A stretch of 64,000 nt of DNA. It comes from Alphaproteobacteria bacterium UBA830. Its GTDB lineage: Bacteria > Pseudomonadota > Alphaproteobacteria > MPNO01 > UBA830. The notes under the pieces are model-generated. The model was not told where the DNA came from. It worked only from the letters and a program-made list of their open reading frames with translations, and ran no database searches. Shown one piece after another: positions 44,347 to 54,115 of this stretch. A program made the translations under genes and the position numbers. The first letter of the stretch is position 1, and each line of letters begins with the position of its first letter. The stretch spans positions 5,926 to 69,925 of the forward strand of contig DBHK01000010.1 of assembly GCA_002295635.1 (NCBI GenBank), written 5' to 3'.

Positions 44347-46643
44347 AATCTGGCACCAAAGCTAAATCTAAATATCTCAGTCTGATCAAAATCTTCTTTA
44401 AAAATCGGATACGCGAGTGTGATATTAATCGGCCCGACGGGTGAATCCCACTGAACTCCAGTACCCACCGACATCCTTATCGACCCAGTATCGGTAATTG
44501 AGGCCAGAGTACTATCATTTTCACCAACACTACCGGCGTCGGTAAACACCTGACCCCGAAATCCGAATTCGTTCGGTAAACCCAATGGAAAGGCAAGCCC
44601 GACCGTACCACGGTAGAACCAATTACCGCCAACAGAATCTTGCGTGGTTAGGTCTCGAGGTCCAACGCCGGAATCTTCAAAACCGCGCAGTGAAGAACCA
44701 CCGAGGAAGAACCGATCTATAATACGAATATCGTCATCTATCCCTACAATCAATCCACCTCCGCCAGTGACTGCCAACGTCAAGTCCTCGCCAAAGGAAA
44801 AGAAAGTCCCGGACTTAAGTATATTACGGAGATATTGGGAATCGCCCCCAAAACCAGCAAGAGTGTTTCCTACCTCCACAAAATACCCATCCGACGGGGA
44901 GAAGCGATTATCGCGTTTATCGTATAGAAGAGATTGTCCAATCGCCGACGTAACGAAAGATCCGTCCTGTTCCTTGACGGCGGCGGACGCACCAGATGGT
45001 ATATCGGTTACCTCATCGTTTCGTAAGGTATAATTAATTGATTGAGACAGGATCTCGGTGATCCTGTAGCCAGTCCGTAGCTTGAACCCTGTAGTTTCTC
45101 GCTGGAACGAACTTGCTGACTTTCGGTCAAGAACTTTTCGGAATACGTCTAACCCTGCTGAGAGTTCTCGATCAAGAAAGTACGGTTCAGTAAAAGACAA
45201 ATCTATATCTTGCTGCTTCGCACCAACCTTAACGCCCAGTCTCAAATCCTGTCCACGCCCAAGCAGATTTCTCTCCCGAAGGCTCACATCCCCCAGCACG
45301 CCAGTTTCTGAGGAAATACCGGCACCGAATGCTAATTCGCCAGTTGATTTCTCTCTAACGGAAATGTCAATTATCGTTTTATCTATCTCTGACCCGGCTT
45401 TATTTGTCATACCGGCGCGCTCGAAAAAACCAAGATTACGAATACGCTGCCGCGATCGTCTGAGTTTCGAAGAATTAAAGGCATCCCCCTCTACTAGCAG
45501 GACCTCACGCCGAACGACCTCATCAAGCGTGCGAACATTGCCTGAAATATTTATTAGCTCTACAAAGACCCGTGGTCCTTCTTTGATATCAAAAGTTACG
45601 TCAATAATTTGTTTATTCCGGTCACGACGAACCCGGGGACGGATATCGACAAACGCATACCCCATAGTACCCACCGAATCCGTCAGCAGGCCTATCGCAG
45701 CCTCGACATCGTCGGCGTTATAACGGGTTCCACTACTGATCGGCAACTCGGCCTGAAGGGTTTCGGCGTCAACATTTTTCAGAGACGTTCGAACATCAAC
45801 TCGACCGAATTTGTAACGCTTGCCTTCCTCAATTGTGAACGTCACGAAAAAAGCTTTATTGTCAGGGGTAAGTTCCGCGATCGTCGAGATAACCCTGAAG
45901 TCGGCATAACCATTGGCGAGATAATGACGCCGCAGGAGTTCTCGGTCGAACGTCAGTCGGTCCGGGTCGTAAGTATCGTCAGACGAAAAGAAACGGTACC
46001 AAGCGCTTTCTTTGGTTTGAACAATTTCCCGTAAATCTCCGTCATCGAATTCCTTATTTCCAACAAACGATATTTTTCGGATTTCACTAAGTTCGCCCTC
46101 TTTTATTTCAAAAACGAGGTCCACCCGATTTTGCGGTAACTGAATTACCTTTGGCACGACGACAGCAGAAAAACGCCCGCTTCTTCGATAAATATCGCTT
46201 ATACGCTGAAGGTCAGTTTGGACCCGAGCACGAGTGAATACAACGCGGGGACGTAGCTTGACTTCATCGCGAAGAATTTCGTCTTCGATACGGCGGTTCC
46301 CCTCAAATACAAGGCGATTAATAATCGGATTCTCGATGATACGGACGACAACGTCGGGACCGTCACGACGGATAGTTACATCAGCAAATAAACCAGTCGC
46401 GAAAAGGGATTTAAGAGATCGGTCGAGAGTCCCGGGCGAAATACTGTCACCTGGTTTAATACCCATATAGGAGCGAACTGTTCCTGCTTCTATCCGCTGA
46501 GCGCCCTCAACTCGGATTTCCCGTAACGGCTTATCGGTGCTCTGCGCAGACAAAGTTGGCGCGAAGAAAATACCAAAAAGCAGAACAGCGATACCCGACC
46601 GGACCACGCAAAGAATTCGTGCGATAATTCTCATATTCTTCAC
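44343..46643 (-). CDS. bamA: Outer-membrane protein assembly factor BamA
   Basis: POTRA repeats (EGAQRIE, GN.RT.DEV.RRE), LRGF loop motif and C-terminal Phe. Confidence 0.96.
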   Translation of the reverse strand: MKNMRIIARILCVVRSGIAVLLFGIFFAPTLSAQSTDKPLREIRVEGAQRIEAGTVRSYMGIKPGDSISPGTLDRSLKSLFATGLFADVTIRRDGPDVVVRIIENPIINRLVFEGNRRIEDEILRDEVKLRPRVVFTRARVQTDLQRISDIYRRSGRFSAVVVPKVIQLPQNRVDLVFEIKEGELSEIRKISFVGNKEFDDGDLREIVQTKESAWYRFFSSDDTYDPDRLTFDRELLRRHYLANGYADFRVISTIAELTPDNKAFFVTFTIEEGKRYKFGRVDVRTSLKNVDAETLQAELPISSGTRYNADDVEAAIGLLTDSVGTMGYAFVDIRPRVRRDRNKQIIDVTFDIKEGPRVFVELINISGNVRTLDEVVRREVLLVEGDAFNSSKLRRSRQRIRNLGFFERAGMTNKAGSEIDKTIIDISVREKSTGELAFGAGISSETGVLGDVSLRERNLLGRGQDLRLGVKVGAKQQDIDLSFTEPYFLDRELSAGLDVFRKVLDRKSASSFQRETTGFKLRTGYRITEILSQSINYTLRNDEVTDIPSGASAAVKEQDGSFVTSAIGQSLLYDKRDNRFSPSDGYFVEVGNTLAGFGGDSQYLRNILKSGTFFSFGEDLTLAVTGGGGLIVGIDDDIRIIDRFFLGGSSLRGFEDSGVGPRDLTTQDSVGGNWFYRGTVGLAFPLGLPNEFGFRGQVFTDAGSVGENDSTLASITDTGSIRMSVGTGVQWDSPVGPINITLAYPIFKEDFDQTEIFRFSFGARF

Positions 46644-46650
46644 TATCTGG

Positions 46651-47811
46651 TCACGTCACCAGTTTGACGAAAAAATCTACGACGCGTAGCTGAACCAGAT
46701 CATTCCATGTAGCAAATATCATCAGCGCAAGCACCAACGCAAAACCAATTTTCATCCCGTATTCTTGGGTGCGCTCGCCAAGCGGGTTACCGCGAAGCGC
46801 CTCTATAGCGTACATCATTAGATGTCCGCCATCTAACATCGGCACAGGGAAAAGATTTATGAGTCCAAGATTGATCGAAAGAATGGTCGCGAAAAATAGG
46901 GCGCTTATCAGACCGGCCTGCCAAACGTCACCGGACATTTGGGCAATACGTATCGGACCACCTATTTCTTTTGTGGTTCGGGTCCCGTTTAGTATCTGAC
47001 CAATAGCGGAAAGTATGCTTCCGGTCAGGATGTACGTTTCCTCTGTCGCGCGCAATATCGCGGTAAATGGCCCATGCCGGACCAGTTCCCGATCAAGACC
47101 CGAGCGGGTAATACCAAGCTGGCCGTAACGCTGATGACCAAACCGTCCTTCCTGGTCGATAACATCAGGCGTGGCGTTCAGTATTATCTCGCGGCCGCCA
47201 CGTTTCACGACGAAATCCAAAGGTACACCGGGGAAAAGCCGCACCGTTCGGACTACCTCTTCGAAACGCTCAATCGACGAACCATCGATGGAAACTATGA
47301 TGTCTCCCGGCTGGAAGCCCGCCCTGTCCGCAGACTTCCCAGGGATAACAGTTCCGACGTCAGGCGGGGTGAATGGCTGGCCAACTGACATGAACATACC
47401 GGAAAGTATTATAATTGCGAGCAGGAAATTGGCGATAGGACCAGCGGCAACGATAAACGCCCGCTCACCAAGAGATTTTGTATTAAACGCCGCTTCTCTC
47501 TCTTCGGGACACATGGCTTCTGTCGAGGTTGATTCCCCTTTTACGCGCTTACCGACCAACATTTCTCCAAACATTTTGACGTAGCCGCCAAACGGAATAA
47601 GGCTCAAACGCCATCGGGTGCCACGCTTATCCGTCCACCCAGCGATCTCGCGTCCAAATCCGACAGAAAAAACCTCTACCCGAACACCGCATGCGCGGGC
47701 TGCAATATAGTGGCCCATCTCGTGGACGAACACGAGAATTGTTAGTACCACTAGAAACGGAAGTAAAAAATCTAAGAGTAGGGAGGCGAAGTCAATCATC
47801 AGCTCAAACAA
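46651..47811 (-). CDS. rseP: RIP metalloprotease RseP
   Basis: HEMGH, AGP.AN, a PDZ domain and NL.PVP.LDGG. Confidence 0.95.
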   Translation of the reverse strand: MFELMIDFASLLLDFLLPFLVVLTILVFVHEMGHYIAARACGVRVEVFSVGFGREIAGWTDKRGTRWRLSLIPFGGYVKMFGEMLVGKRVKGESTSTEAMCPEEREAAFNTKSLGERAFIVAAGPIANFLLAIIILSGMFMSVGQPFTPPDVGTVIPGKSADRAGFQPGDIIVSIDGSSIERFEEVVRTVRLFPGVPLDFVVKRGGREIILNATPDVIDQEGRFGHQRYGQLGITRSGLDRELVRHGPFTAILRATEETYILTGSILSAIGQILNGTRTTKEIGGPIRIAQMSGDVWQAGLISALFFATILSINLGLINLFPVPMLDGGHLMMYAIEALRGNPLGERTQEYGMKIGFALVLALMIFATWNDLVQLRVVDFFVKLVT

Positions 47812-47835
47812 TCAGTTTTCCGGTCCATGCACAAC

Positions 47836-49050
47836 TCAGACCTTCAGCCCCTCCACACACATCAGATCTCGCGCCACCCGTCTTGCTTCGGCGTCCACAG
47901 CAAGAGCGTTGTCGACCGTCTGAATTTCTGAGTCAGGCATCTTTTCAAGGGTTTCCTCAACAATTAGCGGAATATTTAGAAAACCCACTTTTCCAGTCAG
48001 AAAACCCGCCACAGCCTCCTCGTTGGAGGCATTAAGGATAGTAGGCGCGGCCCCACCCCTTTTCAAGGCCTCGCGCGCCAATCGCAGTGATGGAAATCGT
48101 TGTGAGTCAGGACGCTCGAATGTCAATGTAGCTATTTTTCCAAGATCTAGACGTGCACTCGGCGTCGGCATACGGTCCGGCCAAGCGAGCGCATACGAAA
48201 TCGGAGTTCGCATATCGGGTACTCCGAGCTGGGCGAGCACAGATCCATCTACATATGCAACCATGCTATGGATTATAGACTGCGGGTGCACCAGAATATC
48301 TATTTTGTCCTCTGGGAAACCAAATAAATAAAAAGCTTCTATAAGCTCTAGTCCCTTATTCATCATAGTAGCGGAATCAACCGATATCTTGGCGCCCATT
48401 CTCCAGTTAGGATGTGCAATAGCTTCAGCGGGAGTAGCCAATCGCATCTCTTCCGACGTCGATGTGCGAAAGGGGCCACCGGAGGCGGTCAGTATGATTT
48501 TTTCGACAGATTCCCGCTGGTCAAAAGGAAATACCTGGAAAATCGCATTGTGTTCAGAATCTACGGGCAACAACATTGCCCCACTTCGCGACGCAGCCTC
48601 GAGCATAAGCTCACCCGCACAAACAAGACATTCCTTGTTAGCGAGGGCTACGATCGCACCCTGACGAACTGCCTCCAATGTTGGTTCTAGACCGGCGGCA
48701 CCAACAATCCCCGCCATCAACCAATCGACCTCGCGGGCCGCCGCTTCAATAATGCCCTCGGGCCCTGCGGCGACTTCAGTACCCGACCCTGACAACGCTG
48801 TTTTGAGATCCGTGTACTTGTCGGGATCACCAATAGCAACGAAACGTGCATTGAAACGTCGCGCCTGCGCCGCTAATTCATCAACATTGCGATAGGCGGT
48901 CAACGCCTCAACGCGATAAGCGGTAGCATTCCTTTCAATTAGATCGATAGTATTCGTGCCGATCGACCCGGTCGATCCCAGTATAGTGATCCGACGCGGC
49001 CCGGTACTGTCAACCACCGTCTGTACCGGATCTCCCGTTGCTCTGATCAT
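47836..49050 (-). CDS. dxr: DXP reductoisomerase
   Basis: LGSTGSIG, LANKE, PVDSEH, HPNW.MG and NKGLE. Confidence 0.97.
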   Translation of the reverse strand: MIRATGDPVQTVVDSTGPRRITILGSTGSIGTNTIDLIERNATAYRVEALTAYRNVDELAAQARRFNARFVAIGDPDKYTDLKTALSGSGTEVAAGPEGIIEAAAREVDWLMAGIVGAAGLEPTLEAVRQGAIVALANKECLVCAGELMLEAASRSGAMLLPVDSEHNAIFQVFPFDQRESVEKIILTASGGPFRTSTSEEMRLATPAEAIAHPNWRMGAKISVDSATMMNKGLELIEAFYLFGFPEDKIDILVHPQSIIHSMVAYVDGSVLAQLGVPDMRTPISYALAWPDRMPTPSARLDLGKIATLTFERPDSQRFPSLRLAREALKRGGAAPTILNASNEEAVAGFLTGKVGFLNIPLIVEETLEKMPDSEIQTVDNALAVDAEARRVARDLMCVEGLKV

Positions 49051-49859
49051 GCCCCACCTCCGCCGAACATTAATAGCACGATTGCCACCATGGGTGTGGT
49101 CAATAACATGCTATCCAGCCTATCGAGGACACCCCCATGCCCCGGGATAATGCTGCTGGAGTCCTTAACTTGATATTTCCGTTTTACCGCCGAAACTAGT
49201 AAGTCCCCAAGCTGGGCAAAAACGGCGACACCTATTCCGACGGCCATACCCGTCACATAATCGGTATAGCCGGCACCCGACAGCCAAAGGCCACTCCAGA
49301 TCGATGCCAGAACAAGGCCTCCAACAAGACCTGCCCAAGTTTTGTTCGGACTCAACCTTGGCGCTAGTTTTGCGCCACCTATTCCCCGTCCGACAAAGTA
49401 TCCACCGATGTCTGTACACCACACCGTAAAAGCTAGCCAGATCGTAAGCACCCGACCTGTTTCAGGCAAACCCCGAATCCACAGGACCGACAAGGTAAAA
49501 GCACCAATCAAAACTATGCCAATCGCTAGGCTCTTGGACGAACCTAAGTATTGAAGAAAGAACACAACAACGGTGCTCACAAAAATCCAGATAAGAGCCG
49601 CGCTCGGCACCCCGAGAACCATTGTGCCGATCGTCCCAATCACGCCCGCGATTACGAGCCACCCCGAAAGATGAAATTGGCCGTTAGAGCAAATTCGCGC
49701 CCACTCCCAAGCCATTAAAAGAGCGACAATGCCGACGATAATTTCAAACCAAGGAGACCCGAGATAGATCGCAATTAAAGTAGGGGGAACGAGAACCAGC
49801 GTGGATAGCAGGCGCGGGATAAGTTCTCCATTCTTTTGATCAGACGGTGGTGATACCAT
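49047..49859 (-). CDS. cdsA: Phosphatidate cytidylyltransferase
   Basis: SPNKTW.G, GDL..S..KR...KDS and IPGHGG.LDRLD. ATG at 49859 is the likely start. Confidence 0.93.
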   Translation of the reverse strand: MVSPPSDQKNGELIPRLLSTLVLVPPTLIAIYLGSPWFEIIVGIVALLMAWEWARICSNGQFHLSGWLVIAGVIGTIGTMVLGVPSAALIWIFVSTVVVFFLQYLGSSKSLAIGIVLIGAFTLSVLWIRGLPETGRVLTIWLAFTVWCTDIGGYFVGRGIGGAKLAPRLSPNKTWAGLVGGLVLASIWSGLWLSGAGYTDYVTGMAVGIGVAVFAQLGDLLVSAVKRKYQVKDSSSIIPGHGGVLDRLDSMLLTTPMVAIVLLMFGGGGA

Positions 49860-50574
49860 AACGCCGTTCGCGGCTACCAAACTCCGCAATCAAACTCTCT
49901 AGTTCTTCCTTGGAAAAGTCGGGCCACAAAACATCGGTAAATACTAATTCAGAATATGCGGACTGCCAGAGCAGAAAGTTACTGATCCTCTGTTCTCCGC
50001 TAGTACGGATGATTAAGTCCGGGTCCGGAACGTCGAATGTAAAAAGCCGGGAATTAAGTGCGTTTTCGTCGATCGCTTCCGGATCGATCTCACCTGCGGC
50101 AGCGTCGATCGCTAATTTTCGTGCAGCCATCGTGATTTCTTGGCGGCTTCCATAGCTAAATGCTACAATAAGTTCGAGTTCTGCGTTTCCTCTCGTTTTC
50201 TGTTCTGACATCTCAAATAGTGAGACAATGTCTGGTTCGAGTAGGCTACGATCACCGATGAACCGAATGCGAACCCCTTCGCGCGCCAATTCCGCAATTT
50301 CCTTACGCAGATAAACCCGAAGCAGGCCCATCAGATCAGAAATCTCCCGAGCTGGGCGTTTCCAATTTTCTAGGGAGAAGCCATACAGCGTGAGGTAGCG
50401 TATACCAAGTTGCTTTGCGGCAATTACTGTTGACCTGACTGATTCTGCCCCTTGTGCATGTCCGGCGGCTCTAGGTAGACCACGCGCCTCCGCCCACCGG
50501 CCATTACCGTCCATAATGATGGCTACATGGGTCGGTGTACCGTTCGAATGCGGCTGACTGGGCAATGGCTTCAT
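49840..50574 (-). CDS. uppS: Undecaprenyl diphosphate synthase
   Basis: IIMDGNGRW, FS.ENW.R and RTSGEQRISNFLLWQ. ATG at 50574 is the likely start. Confidence 0.96.
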   Translation of the reverse strand: MKPLPSQPHSNGTPTHVAIIMDGNGRWAEARGLPRAAGHAQGAESVRSTVIAAKQLGIRYLTLYGFSLENWKRPAREISDLMGLLRVYLRKEIAELAREGVRIRFIGDRSLLEPDIVSLFEMSEQKTRGNAELELIVAFSYGSRQEITMAARKLAIDAAAGEIDPEAIDENALNSRLFTFDVPDPDLIIRTSGEQRISNFLLWQSAYSELVFTDVLWPDFSKEELESLIAEFGSRERRYGITTV

Positions 50575-50578
50575 GAAT

Positions 50579-51136
50579 CTATACCTGGAGAATTTCCATT
50601 TCCTTAGATTCGACTGCCTTATCAATATCTTTGATAATATCATCGGTCAGCGTCTGAACTTCATCCACCCAGGCATGCTGTTCATCCTGGGAAATTTCGC
50701 CTTCCTTTTCCATCTTCTTTAGATTGTCGATACCGTCGCGGCGAACATTGCGCACGGCGACCCGCGCTTGTTCGGCGTATTTACTAGCAACTTTCGTCAT
50801 TTCTACGCGCCGTTCTTCCGAGAGTTGGGGCACCGGGACCCGTACGACATTGCCCTCGGTTTGCGGATTTAGCCCTAGATCGGAGTCTCGGATCGCCTTT
50901 TCAACCGAAGGAACAAGGGAATTATCCCACACCTGCACCGAGAGAGTCCGGGCGTCCGGCGCACTTATTGTACCAATCTGATTTAGAGGCATGTTGGAGC
51001 CATAGGCATCAACATGAATTGGCTCCAGAAGAGCGGGGCTCGCACGCCCAGTACGTAGGCCACCGAATTCTTCTTTAAGCACCTCAACCGCGCCCCTCAT
51101 TCGCCGCTTCAGATCGTTAATATCAGGATCAGCCAT
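50579..51136 (-). CDS. frr: Ribosome recycling factor
   Basis: LRTGRA, LGLNP, EERR and VRNVRRD. Confidence 0.97.
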   Translation of the reverse strand: MADPDINDLKRRMRGAVEVLKEEFGGLRTGRASPALLEPIHVDAYGSNMPLNQIGTISAPDARTLSVQVWDNSLVPSVEKAIRDSDLGLNPQTEGNVVRVPVPQLSEERRVEMTKVASKYAEQARVAVRNVRRDGIDNLKKMEKEGEISQDEQHAWVDEVQTLTDDIIKDIDKAVESKEMEILQV

Positions 51137-51152
51137 GTCAGTCTCCCAGTCT

Positions 51153-51884
51153 TCATGAAGAATCCGAAATGATCGTAAACGTACCCTCGCCTTTAACTAC
51201 CTGAGCGAAGGAACTGGAATTTTGGATCGAAAATACCAGAATCGGTATGCCATTTTCACGCGCGAGTGAAATCGCAGACGCATCCATCACCCGTAGATCA
51301 CGGGACAGAACATCCATATAAGTCAGAGTTTCATAACGTTCCGCATCCTTCACCTGTTTTGGATCGGCAGAATAAACACCATCGACTTTCGTACCCTTGA
51401 ATATAGCATCACAGTTCATCTCGGTTGCTCGCAACGCAGCTGCGGTATCAGTTGTGAAGTAGGGGTTACCCGTGCCCGCGGCGAAAATTACAACCCTGCC
51501 TTTTTCCATGTGCCGAAATGCCCGCCGGCGGACGAACGGCTCGCAAATAGTCGCCATTGGAATAGCCGACTGTACCCGAGTTGGTACCCCAATATCCTCC
51601 AAGCCTCCCTGCAAAGCCAGAGCATTCATCACTGTTGCAAGCATGCCCATATAATCCGCAGTACCGCGCTCTAGGCCGGCAGCCGCACCGGAGATACCGC
51701 GGAAGATGTTACCGCCGCCGATAACTAGACAAACTTCGCCCCCAATATCTGTTACCGATTTAATTTCATTGGCAATCCTGTCGACCGTACCCGGATCTAT
51801 TCCATACTGACGATCGCCCATTAAGGCCTCTCCCGAAACCTTCAAGAGGACCCGTTTGAACCTTAATCGATCACTTTCCGTCAT
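51153..51884 (-). CDS. pyrH: UMP kinase
   Basis: [16 protein letters not shown] and [10 protein letters not shown]. Confidence 0.97.
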   Translation of the reverse strand: MTESDRLRFKRVLLKVSGEALMGDRQYGIDPGTVDRIANEIKSVTDIGGEVCLVIGGGNIFRGISGAAAGLERGTADYMGMLATVMNALALQGGLEDIGVPTRVQSAIPMATICEPFVRRRAFRHMEKGRVVIFAAGTGNPYFTTDTAAALRATEMNCDAIFKGTKVDGVYSADPKQVKDAERYETLTYMDVLSRDLRVMDASAISLARENGIPILVFSIQNSSSFAQVVKGEGTFTIISDSS

Positions 51885-51928
51885 CCCGGCTGCCTCAATT
51901 TTGTTCAGAACCGATGCAAGTATACTCC

Positions 51929-52852
51929 CTAACCGCCCGCTGTTGCCGCAACTTCGGCCGCAAAGTCTGACTCTTCCTTCTCAATCCCGTCTCCAATCTG
52001 AAAGCGGACAAATCCAGCAACCTTGATGTTGCCACCGACATCCTCGCCGGCCGCATCAACTGCGCTAACCACCTTAGTTTCGCCGTCGATCACATAGGTC
52101 TGTTCTAATAAACAGACCTCCTCGAAATACTTACGCATTCGGCCATCAACCATTTTCTGAATGATATCTTCAGACTTGCCTTCCTCCCGGGCCTGTTCGA
52201 CGAGAATATCACGCTCACGGTCAGATGTTGCTTGTTCGATATCCTCCCGCGACACCCATTGTGGACTGGTAGCGGCAATATGCATTGCCAACTGTTTACC
52301 AAATGCTGCCAACTTCGTCTTATCGCCATTCGATTCAAGGCCGACTATTACGCCAATTTTGCCCATATCGGGCGCCACCGCACTATGGACATAAGAGGAA
52401 ACGACACCAGATTTCACCGTAATACCGGCAGATCTTCGGAAGGTGAGATTCTCACCGATCATGCCAATCATTTCCGTCACCGTTTCCTGTACTGTTTTTC
52501 CCCCATCAAGCTCCGTCGCCGCTGTAGCATCAAAATTACCACCCTTCTCAATTGCTACGGCCGCGATACCAGCCGCGAAGCGCTGGAAGTCAGGGTTTCG
52601 AGCGACGAAGTCGGTCTCTGAATTAAGTTCGATAACAGCACCTGAACCGCTTGAAGTCGCCACGGCTATTAAACCTTCCGCAGCGACGCGGCCCGATTTC
52701 TTGGCTGCCGCCGCCAAACCCTTCATCCTTAACCAATCAATGGCCGCTTCCATATCACCATCGTTCTCCACCAGCGCCTTCTTACAATCCATCATGCCGG
52801 CGCCGGATTTCTCTCGCAGTTCCTTAACGAGTGCTGCTGTAATTTCGGCCAT
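51929..52852 (-). CDS. tsf: Elongation factor Ts
   Basis: [18 protein letters not shown] and NSETDFVA. Confidence 0.98.
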   Translation of the reverse strand: MAEITAALVKELREKSGAGMMDCKKALVENDGDMEAAIDWLRMKGLAAAAKKSGRVAAEGLIAVATSSGSGAVIELNSETDFVARNPDFQRFAAGIAAVAIEKGGNFDATAATELDGGKTVQETVTEMIGMIGENLTFRRSAGITVKSGVVSSYVHSAVAPDMGKIGVIVGLESNGDKTKLAAFGKQLAMHIAATSPQWVSREDIEQATSDRERDILVEQAREEGKSEDIIQKMVDGRMRKYFEEVCLLEQTYVIDGETKVVSAVDAAGEDVGGNIKVAGFVRFQIGDGIEKEESDFAAEVAATAGG

Positions 52853-52902
52853 AATTTACTTTCTCAATAAACAATCATAACTACTTAATAAACTTATTAT
52901 TT

Positions 52903-53781
52903 TTATTCCGGGGACGCTTCTTCTTCAGCTATTTTTTCCTCTCCCGATGACCCCGTTTCGGCCGGTGCATCCTCCGATGGTACGACTTCCACGGAAGGCG
53001 CTGCTTCAGTCTCGGTTACCCCTACCACAGGTATATCTTCCGCAGGCGCTTCTTCGGACTCACCGATATCCACCCCCGACGAGACTGCTTCCTGCTGTAG
53101 GCCGTCAAGCACAGATGCTGATACTAATTCACAATAGAGCGCGATGGAGCGAATTGCATCGTCGTTACCGGGGATTGGGAAAGTGATACCCTTCGGACTG
53201 GAATTGCTGTCTATAACGCCGACCACCGGGATTCCGAGCTTTACCGCTTCGGCGACCGCGAGTTCTTCCTTATTAGTATCTATGACGAACAACATATCTG
53301 GAAGGCCACCCATGTCCTTTATACCGCCGAGAGAGCGATCCAACTTATCACGCTCTCGCGTCAGGTTTAAAAGCTCCTTCTTTGTCAGACCTTCCGCGAT
53401 TTCAGCGGAGCCGAGCATTTCCTCTAGTTCATGAAGTCGCTTGATTGAGGCCGTGATAGTCTTCCAGTTGGTCAACATACCTCCTAACCAGCGATGGTTG
53501 ACGTAGTACTGGCCGCAGCGTCCAGCCGCCTCCGAAACGATCTCACTAGCTTGACGCTTGGTCCCAACAAACAATACCCTTCCGCCGCGCGCCGTAACCT
53601 CGCGAACCGCAGCCAGCGCCGCGTGTAACATCGGAACCGTCAGCTGCAAATCAAGGATATGTACTTTGTTCCGTACACCGAAGATGTACGGTTCCATTTG
53701 CGGATTCCATCGCCGCGTATTGTGTCCGAAATGTACTCCAGCTTCCAAAAGCTGGCGCATTGAGAATTCAGGCATTGCCAT
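52903..53781 (-). CDS. rpsB: 30S ribosomal protein S2
   Basis: [23 protein letters not shown] and PGNDDA; acidic C-tail. Confidence 0.98.
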   Translation of the reverse strand: MAMPEFSMRQLLEAGVHFGHNTRRWNPQMEPYIFGVRNKVHILDLQLTVPMLHAALAAVREVTARGGRVLFVGTKRQASEIVSEAAGRCGQYYVNHRWLGGMLTNWKTITASIKRLHELEEMLGSAEIAEGLTKKELLNLTRERDKLDRSLGGIKDMGGLPDMLFVIDTNKEELAVAEAVKLGIPVVGVIDSNSSPKGITFPIPGNDDAIRSIALYCELVSASVLDGLQQEAVSSGVDIGESEEAPAEDIPVVGVTETEAAPSVEVVPSEDAPAETGSSGEEKIAEEEASPE

Positions 53782-53798
53782 ATTCTAGGTCCTTCTCC

Positions 53799-53908
53799 GG
53801 TTAAGCCTCCGCGGGAGTGGTCGTATATTTAGGGGTTAACCCTAAAAACATGACACCGGATCGAACTGCCGGCCTATGACGCCGGCACCCGTAACCCCGC
53901 GTGCGGAT
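53799..53908 (-). ncRNA. rpsB 5' leader (t44 / S2-autoregulatory RNA-like)
   Basis: Minus strand CGCACGCGGG...CCCGCGGAGGCTTAACC resembles the E. coli rpsB leader ends (CACACG...CGTGGAGGCATAACC). Internal hairpins are TGCCGGC/GCCGGCA and TTTAGGG/CCCTAAA. Confidence 0.7.
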
Positions 53909-54115
53909 TTATGCGCGATTCTTTACTCCCCAGAACACTGATTTGCAAGGTTTTAATGGATCAGTTTCTATCTCAAATTTACACACCAAGGCCACACTCC
54001 GCGGTAAACATACACCCATGTCTTTACCTCTGTAGCCGGGAACACTTAACCGTTAAGGGTCTGCTCAAATTTGACCCTCAATGGGAAATTTATATTGCTG
54101 GAAAGCATACAAACA

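Noticed and set aside
52903-53080. Long acidic, low-complexity C-terminal tail of S2
   Set aside because: A common variable feature of RpsB.
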